Positions 55,596-63,566 of a DNA stretch of 64,000 bases are shown piece by piece. Within the stretch, counting starts at the first letter, position 1; every line of letters starts with the position of its first letter. The notes below the pieces were generated by a model that worked only from the letters and a program-made list of their open reading frames with translations, was not told where the DNA came from and did no database searches. Both the position numbers and the translations under genes were made by a program. This DNA is from Eubacteriales bacterium (lineage in GTDB: Bacteria > Bacillota > Clostridia > Oscillospirales > CAG-382), in contig JAZKZH010000007.1 of the NCBI GenBank assembly GCA_045612545.1, positions 57,378-121,377 on the forward strand, written 5' to 3'.

Positions 55596-55978
55596 CCCCC
55601 ATGACCTTACAGCAGGAAACGCTGCGGGAGACCTTGCAGGACGAAAACGGGCAGGTCACGGTGATCGTGAATCTGTCCTTCCCCGCCCTTCACAAAAAGA
55701 AAGACAAATCCGCCCTTTGCAAGCCCTTCTGCGATTTTTACCGCAAGGCAGCAGAGGGCTTCCGCGCCTTTGCGGGGTCAGAGCTTCACCGCAAGGCACA
55801 ATCCAACCCGCCGGGAACTCCGCCCTGCGGAGCGGTTTTGCGGTATCGGCACAAGGAGACGGAGGACGCCTTTGTCATCACACTCTCCGGCTCTGTGTTC
55901 GACGGCTTTACCGCCCACCCCATTCGGGAAGACGTGCGTGTGTGGGAGAAGAAAACGGGGCTGTTGAGAGGATTTTAG
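55592..55978 (+). CDS. hypothetical protein (128 aa)
   Basis: ATGA overlap with the upstream stop codon. This is the in-frame tail of ORF 55049-55978; the N-terminal two-thirds of that ORF overlaps the membrane-protein gene and is rejected. Confidence 0.55.
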   Translation: MTPMTLQQETLRETLQDENGQVTVIVNLSFPALHKKKDKSALCKPFCDFYRKAAEGFRAFAGSELHRKAQSNPPGTPPCGAVLRYRHKETEDAFVITLSGSVFDGFTAHPIREDVRVWEKKTGLLRGF

Positions 55979-56228
55979 GAACCTCATCCACGCGCTTGCG
56001 CCTTCCCCCATTCCCCAAAAGGGAAGGTGAAGCTCGCTACGCTCGCGGTAAAATAGATTCGTACAGTCTCTCGCCATAGCTTTGGCTACAAACGATTGAA
56101 AGCATTTGCCCGCACACCGCAGGTGTGCTCTTGCCTTCCCCACATTGTGGGGAAGGGGGACCGGCGCGGGGAGATCAAAGCAAAAAAACAGTTCTCGCTA
56201 TTCCCCCGCGATGGTGGATGAGGTTCCT
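55977..56228. mobile_element. MITE-like non-autonomous element, copy 1 (252 bp, perfect 15-bp TIRs)
   Basis: Left TIR AGGAACCTCATCCAC at 55977-55991 and right TIR GTGGATGAGGTTCCT at 56214-56228. The internal blocks CGCGCTTGCGCCTTCCCCCATTCCCCA and GAACGATTGAAAG..TTTGCCCGCACACCGCAGGTGTGCT are shared with copy 2. There is no ORF. Confidence 0.75.
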
Positions 56229-56263
56229 ACTGATGAAAAACAGCCGTCGGCGCGGTCGCCCGC

Positions 56264-56291
56264 AAAAAACTCCCGCTTTTGCAAGCGGGAG
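56264..56291 (-). terminator. intrinsic terminator (minus strand)
   Basis: Stem CTCCCGCTT / AAGCGGGAG with a 4-nt loop. On the minus strand it is followed by TTTTTT. Confidence 0.7.
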
Positions 56292-56299
56292 CACGATTC

Positions 56300-56701
56300 T
56301 TATACGCAAACAGTCTTTCGCAGTTTTCTGAACAGCGCGACCAAAAGATCCAACCCGATCAGACAGGCGTAAAACACAAAAACGAACAGCAGGGCCCAAT
56401 ACAGCATGGCGGAGGTCCGAATCGTATCCAAAAGGGCGGCCATCCCCCACAACGCCCCGCTGAAAACCAAATGGGCGCAGGCGGTGACAAGGTCGGACAC
56501 CCACGGAGCCCCTTCCCGGGGTTTCATCCAAAAGAAGGCAGGGGCGCCTACCGCCAAAACGGCAAGCAAAAGCACCAAGGACGCAACGTCGCCGATCGCC
56601 TTCCCGTGATAGAGAAGAATCAATACAGCAACCGCGGCATGAACCGCCAGGGGATGCACTGCGGGAAGCAACCATTTTTGAAAGCTTTTGGTCTTTTTCA
56701 T
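56300..56701 (-). CDS. hypothetical membrane protein (133 aa, 4 TM helices)
   Basis: RBS AAAGGAGA is 8 nt upstream, the product is strongly hydrophobic, and a terminator follows. The overlapping 197-aa ORF in another frame is rejected. Confidence 0.6.
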   Translation of the reverse strand: MKKTKSFQKWLLPAVHPLAVHAAVAVLILLYHGKAIGDVASLVLLLAVLAVGAPAFFWMKPREGAPWVSDLVTACAHLVFSGALWGMAALLDTIRTSAMLYWALLFVFVFYACLIGLDLLVALFRKLRKTVCV

Positions 56702-56845
56702 TCTCGTCGTCTCCTTTCCTCGGCTTCATGATACCAAAAAAAGGCAGGAAAGTCAACCTTGTTCCCAAAAAACTTTACAAACGGTTTGCACCAAAGCAAA
56801 AAGATCCTCCTCCCGGTTGGGGGAGGAGGACGGAATGCGATTGAA

Positions 56846-57472
56846 TTAGTCCTTCTGGGGAGCGATGACGATCTTACGGTCTGCGCCCTCGCCTACGGAG
56901 TAGGTGGTAACGCCCTCGATCTTCTGGCATTCTGCGTGAACGATACGACGCTCGTAAGCAGACATGGGATCCAGTGCAAAAGCACGGTGGTACTTCAGCA
57001 CCTTCTCCGCCATACGGCGAGCCATACCGCAAAGGGTATCTGCACGCTTTGCGCGGTAGCCCTGTGCATCCACGGAAACACGGTAGTAGCCGGGTCTGCC
57101 AAGGTTTGCAGAAAGGGTTGCCAGATACTGAACGGAGTCCAGCACGTCCCCTCTTCTGCCGATCAAGGCACCCAAGCCCTGACCAACCACGTTCAAGGAA
57201 ACCTCCTCATCCGTCTCGGAAACCACCTCAACGGAAGCGTTCAGTCTCATATTTTCAATCAACTTCTCCAAGAATTCCACGGCACGGATGGCGGGAGTTT
57301 CGGGGATGAATACGCGCACCTTTGCCTCAGTGGCGCCGATGCCGAACAAGCCCTTCTTGCCCTCCTCCAGTACCTCATGCTGAACCTGATCGGGGGTGCG
57401 ACCCAGCTCAGCCGCGCCGTTTTCCAGCGCGATGGCAACCGTCTTACCGGTTGCAATTACTTCTCTTATCAT
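56846..57472 (-). CDS. jag: Jag/KhpB RNA-binding protein (Jag-N, KH and R3H domains)
   Basis: LIGRRGDVLDSVQYL is the KH GxxG region, and the C-terminal ERRIVHAE is the R3H region. It lies directly downstream of yidC, as is usual. Confidence 0.88.
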   Translation of the reverse strand: MIREVIATGKTVAIALENGAAELGRTPDQVQHEVLEEGKKGLFGIGATEAKVRVFIPETPAIRAVEFLEKLIENMRLNASVEVVSETDEEVSLNVVGQGLGALIGRRGDVLDSVQYLATLSANLGRPGYYRVSVDAQGYRAKRADTLCGMARRMAEKVLKYHRAFALDPMSAYERRIVHAECQKIEGVTTYSVGEGADRKIVIAPQKD

Positions 57473-57489
57473 AAATAAACCTTCTTAAC

Positions 57490-58902
57490 TTATTCGTCGT
57501 CTTCCGCAGAGAGCATCTCAATGGAAGTGGGCTTGCGATAAGGCAGATCCGCCTTCTTTTCCGAGGGCTTGGGACGTGCAGTCTCAACATGAGATGCCGC
57601 AGTACCGCTGCTGACCTCGAGATCTGCGTAGCTGTCGTCGTCCTCGTCTACCTCAATGGTAATAACCTTCTTCTTTTTGCCCTTGCTCTTAGCTACAAGC
57701 TCCTTAGCCGCCGCCTCCAGCTCCTCTTGGGTAAAGCGGGGGATGGGGTAGAACTTGTTCATCAGGGGCATCTTCACCATGTTCAGCAGAGTACGCCATA
57801 CCCAGTAGCAACCGATTGCCGCCGGCACCATCAAAGAAAATACGGTGGAGATCAGAGGCATACCCACGGTCATAAACAAACCGGGCTTGGCGGGCTGGCC
57901 GTCCATACCCGTCTGGGCAGGCTGGGTCTTCATGGTGATCTTGTGGCTCAGGAAAGAGGTCAGGAATACCAGAATGGGGATGAGAAGCAACGCCCAGTCG
58001 TGCCAGGTGTCGTTTTCGTCGAAATCAAAGGAGGGCTGGTTCAAAAGATTGATGCCAAACAGAGTAAAGTCGGGCATCATATCGGTGAAGTAAGCCTTCT
58101 CCCCGTTTTCATCCTCCACGTAGAGGAGATAGGGGTTCTCGTAGCTTGCGGGCAATGCGCCTGCTTCCTTCAGGGTGGCTACGTACTCCTCGCCGAAATT
58201 GGCAAAGACGGCGGCCACTGCGGTCTCACGGTAGCCTGCGCTGCCGTTCGACTTAATGGCGTACTTGTCAAAACCGTTTTCCAGCTTCAAGCTCTCTTTG
58301 TTTTCCGCTTCGGGATCCTTGTACTGCAACTCGGCGCCCAGCTTCACCTGCTCCTTCCAAAGAAGAGCGTCGGCCTCCTTAGCGGCGGCGTTGTCCTTCA
58401 CCAGATTCTCACGAATGTGATCCAGATAGTCAAAGGAATACTGGGTGACGATGGAAGCAAAGTCCTTGCCCTCGTAATCGGAATGCTCTTCCGTTACAAC
58501 CGTCTGAATCTCCGTTACCGCTTGATCGGTAAAATTGGAGGAATAGGTGATAGGCTCACGGACGATGGCAAATACAATGAAGATGACGGGGAGCATGATC
58601 AAAAGAGGCAGACAGCCGGAAAGAGGACTTACCCCCTCCTGCTGGTGCATTTCGTTCAGCTCAAGCTGCATCTTCTGCTGAGTAGCACGGTCGTTACGAC
58701 CTGCATACTTCTTGCGGATGGCGTATTCCTTGGGGCGAACTCTCGCCATAGCGATCTGGGATTTCTGCTGCTTAATGGCCAAGGGAAGCAGAATGATCTC
58801 GAAAGCCAAAGCAAAGAAGAACAAGCCGAAGAAATAGGAATTCTGCGAGATCCACACGCAGGCCTTCATAACGTAACTAAAGGGAACGTAAATGAAATCC
58901 AT
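57490..58902 (-). CDS. yidC: YidC/Oxa1-family membrane insertase with large internal insertion and acidic tail
   Basis: Conserved blocks LLPLAIKQQKS, MQLELNEMHQQEGVSPLSGCLPLLIMLP and PAAIGCYWV. It is 470 aa, against about 260 aa for typical Firmicute SpoIIIJ/YqjG. Confidence 0.85.
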   Translation of the reverse strand: MDFIYVPFSYVMKACVWISQNSYFFGLFFFALAFEIILLPLAIKQQKSQIAMARVRPKEYAIRKKYAGRNDRATQQKMQLELNEMHQQEGVSPLSGCLPLLIMLPVIFIVFAIVREPITYSSNFTDQAVTEIQTVVTEEHSDYEGKDFASIVTQYSFDYLDHIRENLVKDNAAAKEADALLWKEQVKLGAELQYKDPEAENKESLKLENGFDKYAIKSNGSAGYRETAVAAVFANFGEEYVATLKEAGALPASYENPYLLYVEDENGEKAYFTDMMPDFTLFGINLLNQPSFDFDENDTWHDWALLLIPILVFLTSFLSHKITMKTQPAQTGMDGQPAKPGLFMTVGMPLISTVFSLMVPAAIGCYWVWRTLLNMVKMPLMNKFYPIPRFTQEELEAAAKELVAKSKGKKKKVITIEVDEDDDSYADLEVSSGTAASHVETARPKPSEKKADLPYRKPTSIEMLSAEDDE

Positions 58903-58911
58903 AACTTGTTT

Positions 58912-59163
58912 TCAAACCTTTCGATTGTTCGGGGGAATCTTTTTTCTCCGACGCTCGGGAACGGGATCAAACCCGCTTCCCCCCCAGGGATTACAACGTA
59001 AAAGTCTCTTGACAGCCAAAAAAATGCCGACGAACACCCCACGCTTTTCGATTGCCTCGATAGCATATTGGGAACACGTCGGCATATAACGACAGCAAGA
59101 CGGTAATGCCGGAGAAATATGCTTTTGGTAGAACCGTATCAACGCAATGCAGATACGCTTCAT
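58912..59163 (-). CDS. yidD: membrane protein insertion efficiency factor YidD
   Basis: [11 protein letters not shown]...[19 protein letters not shown] is the YidD signature. Confidence 0.9.
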   Translation of the reverse strand: MKRICIALIRFYQKHISPALPSCCRYMPTCSQYAIEAIEKRGVFVGIFLAVKRLLRCNPWGGSGFDPVPERRRKKIPPNNRKV

Positions 59164-59531
59164 AACGAATCCTCAAGAAGGGTTGCCTTGCCCAATAAAT
59201 CTCCCATCTCGTCGCGGATCACGGTAAACTCCGCAGTACAAGCGGGCTGCTTTGCAACAATAACGATCAAATATCCATTCTTAAGATTCGGCAAGTGGTA
59301 GCGGTATGCTTCCCGCAGGAGACGCTTGACCCGGTTGCGCACCACGGCCTTCCCCCGCTTTTTGGAAACAGTAAGTCCGAGCAAGGTACGGTCCTTCTCA
59401 CGGCTTTTCAGGACGTAAAGCACCATTGTGGAAGAAGCCACACTCTTCCCCTTGCGGTAAGCACGGGAAAACAAGTGATTCTTCTTCAACGGGTGGAGCT
59501 TATACTTCCGTCTTTCCATAAGTTTCATCAA
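59160..59531 (-). CDS. rnpA: ribonuclease P protein component
   Basis: A basic ~120-aa protein. [28 protein letters not shown] is the RNR motif region. It has a 4-nt overlap with yidD and lies directly downstream of rpmH. The exact Met (59531, 59528 or 59519) is uncertain. Confidence 0.88.
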   Translation of the reverse strand: MMKLMERRKYKLHPLKKNHLFSRAYRKGKSVASSTMVLYVLKSREKDRTLLGLTVSKKRGKAVVRNRVKRLLREAYRYHLPNLKNGYLIVIVAKQPACTAEFTVIRDEMGDLLGKATLLEDSL

Positions 59532-59559
59532 ACCGCCTTGCTCGGTAAATCATAGCAGA

Positions 59560-59694
59560 TTAATAAGTGAGCTTATATCTGCCCTTAGCGCGTCTTCTCT
59601 TGAGAACGTTTCTTCCGTCAGCTGTAGCCATTCTCTTGCGGAAACCGTGCTCCATCATTCTGTGTCTCTTCTTGGGCTGGTAAGTACGCTTCAT
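59560..59694 (-). CDS. rpmH: 50S ribosomal protein L34
   Basis: Not in the ORF track (44 aa). My minus-strand translation from the ATG at 59694 gives [44 protein letters not shown] followed by TAA at 59562-59560. Confidence 0.92.
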   Translation of the reverse strand: MKRTYQPKKRHRMMEHGFRKRMATADGRNVLKRRRAKGRYKLTY

Positions 59695-60019
59695 ATTTCT
59701 TTACACCTCCGTGTCGGTTTTTTATGCCTCGTCTTACCGTGAAGACGGGTTGGCAATTTTGGGATAGGAAAAAAGGCATATTCGCACATCGTAGTATGCC
59801 AATCATTATTATTATCATATTTTCTCCCTTTTGTCAAGCGTTTTTTCAAAAAAAGAAGGGATTCTCCCCGGTTTCTCCGCCTCTGGCAGGGGAAATTCAC
59901 ACAAAAGTCGCAAATCCTTCTTGACATTTCACGGAAAACAAGCTATCATAGATAATAGGATATCTCTGTCTATAAGGGGTACTCTTGCCAAAATCAAAAT
60001 CCTTTCCGGGAGGATATCT

Positions 60020-61312
60020 ATGGAAAAATTATATATCAAAGGCGGAAAGCCCCTGCAGGGCGTGATCGAAACGGGAGGCATGAAGAATGCCGCTGACCCC
60101 ATCTTTTTTGCCACTCTTTTGGTGGGAGACGTGTGCGTGATCGAGAACGTTCCCGATGCGGCGGATATCCGCCACGCCTCCGAGATCCTCACCGAGCTGG
60201 GTGCCGTGATCGCTTACATGGGAGATCATACTTATCAGATCGATACCCGTTACGTAAACCGTTCCAGCATCCCCAACGCATTGGCAGCCAAGCTTCGTTC
60301 CTCTTACTATCTGTTGGGAGCAGGCCTTGGCAGATTCGGCGTGGTAGAGACGGGTTATCCCGGCGGCTGTGACTTCGGCTCCCGCCCTATTGACCAGCAC
60401 GTGAAGGGCTTCCGCGCCCTGGGCGCCTCCGTGGAGGAGGACGGAACGGAGTGCCGTATCCGTTGTCGTGCAGAAGAGGGCTTGAAGGGCAATTCCGTAT
60501 ATCTGGACGTTCCCTCCGTGGGTGCTACCATCAACATCATGCTGGCCGCTTGCAAAGCGGAGGGCACTACCGTTATCGACAACGCCGCAAGAGAGCCTCA
60601 CATTGTTGACGTGGCTTCCTTCTTAAACAGCTGCGGCGCAAACATCATGGGCGCAGGTACCCCCACCATCAAGATCGTTGGCGTGAAGGAGCTGTTCGGC
60701 AGCCGTTACGCCGTAGTGCCGGATATGATCGAAGCCGGCACCTACATCATGGCGGCCGCGGCCACCAAGGGTGAGGTCACCGTTACCGGCGTGATCCCCC
60801 GCCATTTGGAATCCTTGACCGCAAAGCTTTTGGAAATGGGCGTGAACATTGAGGAGGGAGACGACTCCATCACCGTCCATGCACCCACACCGGATGCACC
60901 TCCCATGCAGGCCGTCCGTGTGAAGACAGCCTTCTATCCCGGCTTCCCCACGGATATGCACCCCCAGATCGCCGCCCTGCTTTGTCTTGCAGGGGGAGAA
61001 AGCAGATTGACGGAATCCGTTTGGGCCAACCGTTTCCAATACGTTCCCGAGCTGCAGCGTATGGGTGCAAAGCTTTCCGTTTCCGGCAGTGACTTGATCA
61101 TCACCGGTGTTCCCCGGCTCAACGCCGCCAACGTCCGTGCCGTTGACCTGCGAGCAGGAGCAGCCATGGTGATCGCCGCCCTGGCAACAGAGGGTACCAC
61201 CATCGTGGACGATATCCATCATATCCTGAGAGGATACGAGAGAATCGTGGAAAAGCTCAACGCCGTAGGCGCAGACGTGCGCTTGGTGAAGCTGCCCGAT
61301 CCCATTACTTAA
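60020..61312 (+). CDS. murA: UDP-N-acetylglucosamine 1-carboxyvinyltransferase
   Basis: The start MEKLYIKGGKPLQG is preceded by GGGAGG. The active-site loop is YPGGCDFGSRPIDQH (catalytic Cys), and FPTDMHPQ is present. Promoter TTGACA-17-TATCAT is at about 59922-59950. Confidence 0.9.
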   Translation: MEKLYIKGGKPLQGVIETGGMKNAADPIFFATLLVGDVCVIENVPDAADIRHASEILTELGAVIAYMGDHTYQIDTRYVNRSSIPNALAAKLRSSYYLLGAGLGRFGVVETGYPGGCDFGSRPIDQHVKGFRALGASVEEDGTECRIRCRAEEGLKGNSVYLDVPSVGATINIMLAACKAEGTTVIDNAAREPHIVDVASFLNSCGANIMGAGTPTIKIVGVKELFGSRYAVVPDMIEAGTYIMAAAATKGEVTVTGVIPRHLESLTAKLLEMGVNIEEGDDSITVHAPTPDAPPMQAVRVKTAFYPGFPTDMHPQIAALLCLAGGESRLTESVWANRFQYVPELQRMGAKLSVSGSDLIITGVPRLNAANVRAVDLRAGAAMVIAALATEGTTIVDDIHHILRGYERIVEKLNAVGADVRLVKLPDPIT

Positions 61313-61339
61313 CCAAGTAAATCTACTATTTGGAGTTTT

Positions 61340-63127
61340 ATGAAGAAGAAAAACAACATCGAAGAAATTATTGAACGCAAAAAAGCAAAAAAAGAAAAGA
61401 ACGCGGCCAAAAGCGGGGAGCATTTGGTGGAAAAAATCGCCCCCAAGCCCCAGAAGGCCGAAAAAAAGAAGCCGAACACCGTGAAGATCATCCCCTTGGG
61501 CGGGGTGGACGGTATTGGCATGAACATGACTGCCTTTGAATACGGCGAGGATATCCTCATTGTGGATTGCGGCATCGCCTTCCCCGGGGAGGATATGCCC
61601 GGCGTTGACGTTGTGATCCCGGATTTCACCTATCTGGTGAAAAACGCCGATAAGGTAAAAGGTCTGGTATTGACCCACGGTCACGAGGATCACATCGGCG
61701 CAGTGCCTTATTTATTAAAGAAGCTTCCCTGCGAGGTTTACGGCACCCGCTTGACTCTGGAGATTCTGGACGGCAAGCTGCAGGAGCATAACATCCGCAC
61801 CGAGGATCTTTTTGAGATCCGTGCGGGAGAAATGATCACCATCGGGGAGTTTGACGTGGAGTTTATCCACGTGAACCACTCCATGCCCGATGCGGTTGCG
61901 CTTTGCATCACCACCCCCTGCGGACGGATCGTCCACACCGGGGACTTTAAGATCGACTTTACCCCCATCGGAACCACCCCAATCGATCTGGCGCGGTTTG
62001 CCGAGCTGGGCAGAAAAGGAGTCAAGGTGCTGATGTGCGATTCCACCAATGCGGAACGCCCCGGATACACCCCCTCGGAAAGCACGTTGAACGCTTCCTT
62101 TGAACGTATTCTCCATGACGATACCCGCCGTGTGGTGATCGCTACCTTCTCCTCCAACGTATACCGCGTTCAGCAGATTCTGGACGCCTGCGCCAAGGCG
62201 GACCGCAAGGTGGCTCTCACCGGCAGAAGCCTGCAGAACGTGGTGCGCGCCGCCCGTCATTTGGGATATATCAACATCCCCGAGGGGCTGATGATCGATA
62301 TTTCCGAGTGCAAGTACTTCCCTCCGGAAAAGCTTGCCATCATCACCACCGGCAGTCAGGGCGAGCCTATGAGCGCTCTCTACCGCATGGCCTTCGGGGC
62401 ACATCCCATGGTGGCCTTGTCCTCCACGGATCTGGTGGTGCTTTCCGCCTCCTGCATTCCCGGCAACGAAAAGCTGGTGACCAAGATCATCAACGAGCTT
62501 TACAAGCTGGGGGTAGAGGTGATCACCGACCGTACCGATGACGTACACGTTTCCGGCCACGCCTGCAGAGAGGAGCTGAAGGTGCTTCACAGCTTGGTGA
62601 AGGCGGACAGCTTTGTTCCGCTCCACGGAGAATACAAGCATTTGGTGGCCCACGCCAATCTGGCCAAGTCTCTTGGTACCAAGCCCCAGAACATCCTGCT
62701 TCCCGAGGCGGGGCGGATCATTGAAATGGATCGCCGCGGCATCCATTGGGGCGACACCGTGGAGTGCGGCAGAGTGATGATCGACGGCGCAGGCGGCGCA
62801 GGATTGGAAACCGCCGTCCTCCGCGATCGTATCAATCTGGCAGAATCCGGAATTCTGTTTATTTCCGCAGGCGTTACCTCCGAAGGGGAGCTTGCCATCC
62901 TGCCGGAGATCGTCTCCCGCGGGTTTGTCTACGTGAAGGAGAACGAGGAGCTTTTGCAGTATCTGGAGGATATGGCAAAGAAGTTCCTGCAGAAATCTCT
63001 GGACAGAGGTCTTACCGATCCTGCCGCCTTGGGCGCACGGCTGAAGGACGATATGTCCAACACCGTCTACCAAAAAACCAAGCGCAAGCCCGTGATCGTC
63101 ACCTTGATCACCGAAGTGAATATGTAA
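61340..63127 (+). CDS. rnj: ribonuclease J with Lys-rich N-terminal extension
   Basis: The metallo-beta-lactamase motif is LTHGHEDHIGAVPYL, followed by beta-CASP and C-terminal domains. About 45 aa of basic low-complexity sequence precede the conserved VKIIPLGG. Confidence 0.9.
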   Translation: MKKKNNIEEIIERKKAKKEKNAAKSGEHLVEKIAPKPQKAEKKKPNTVKIIPLGGVDGIGMNMTAFEYGEDILIVDCGIAFPGEDMPGVDVVIPDFTYLVKNADKVKGLVLTHGHEDHIGAVPYLLKKLPCEVYGTRLTLEILDGKLQEHNIRTEDLFEIRAGEMITIGEFDVEFIHVNHSMPDAVALCITTPCGRIVHTGDFKIDFTPIGTTPIDLARFAELGRKGVKVLMCDSTNAERPGYTPSESTLNASFERILHDDTRRVVIATFSSNVYRVQQILDACAKADRKVALTGRSLQNVVRAARHLGYINIPEGLMIDISECKYFPPEKLAIITTGSQGEPMSALYRMAFGAHPMVALSSTDLVVLSASCIPGNEKLVTKIINELYKLGVEVITDRTDDVHVSGHACREELKVLHSLVKADSFVPLHGEYKHLVAHANLAKSLGTKPQNILLPEAGRIIEMDRRGIHWGDTVECGRVMIDGAGGAGLETAVLRDRINLAESGILFISAGVTSEGELAILPEIVSRGFVYVKENEELLQYLEDMAKKFLQKSLDRGLTDPAALGARLKDDMSNTVYQKTKRKPVIVTLITEVNM

Positions 63128-63288
63128 GGATACGAGATAAGGGGACTTTCTTTCGGAAAAGAAAGTCCCCTTTGACCCCCAAAGAAACCGTATTGCCGAA
63201 AACTGCCGTTTTCGTGAGAGAGGGAAGGAATGGATGCAGGCAAAAGATGCACCTCAGTTCCAAAAACGGGCAAGCTGTTTTTGGCAAG

Positions 63289-63521
63289 AGGAACCTCATC
63301 CACGCGCTTGCGCCTTCCCCCATTCCCCAGAGGGGAAGGCAAGAAACTCCCTCCGGGAGTTGAGAATTGTCGTATGCCCCTGCGGGGCGGAATAGGATCT
63401 GCTGATTCTCCCGCATGACCGATATCAGCGAACGATTGAAAGACTTTGCCCGCACACCGCAGGTGTGCTGACCTTCCCCTCTGGGGAAGGAGGACCGCCT
63501 TCGGCGGTGGATGAGGTTCCT
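63289..63521. mobile_element. MITE-like non-autonomous element, copy 2 (233 bp, perfect 15-bp TIRs)
   Basis: AGGAACCTCATCCAC at 63289-63303 and GTGGATGAGGTTCCT at 63507-63521. Both subterminal blocks are shared with copy 1, while the centre differs. Confidence 0.75.
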
Positions 63522-63530
63522 TTTTTACAC

Positions 63531-63557
63531 AAAAAAACCGCCCGCAGGCGGTTTTTC
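63531..63557. terminator. bidirectional intrinsic terminator
   Basis: AAAAAAA, then stem ACCGCC / GGCGGT with loop CGCA, then TTTTT. Confidence 0.7.
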
Positions 63558-63566
63558 TTCATTATA

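Noticed and set aside
57589-59001. 470-aa plus-strand ORF
   Set aside because: It is an antisense shadow of yidC and yidD.
59695-60019. Possible oriC / DnaA-box cluster upstream of rpmH
   Set aside because: I found no TTATCCACA or close variants in this spacer. The only TTATCCAC strings in the window (about 24085 and 25760) lie inside the duplicated HTH coding sequence.
59958-60020. Two GGATATCT direct repeats in the murA leader, the second overlapping the RBS (possible translational hairpin)
   Set aside because: Pairing would rely on only the 6-bp GATATC palindrome plus wobble pairs. This is too weak to claim without folding energy or conservation data.
60623-63073. Minus-strand ORFs 60623-61693 (356 aa) and 61715-63073 (452 aa)
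   Set aside because: They are antisense to murA and RNase J.
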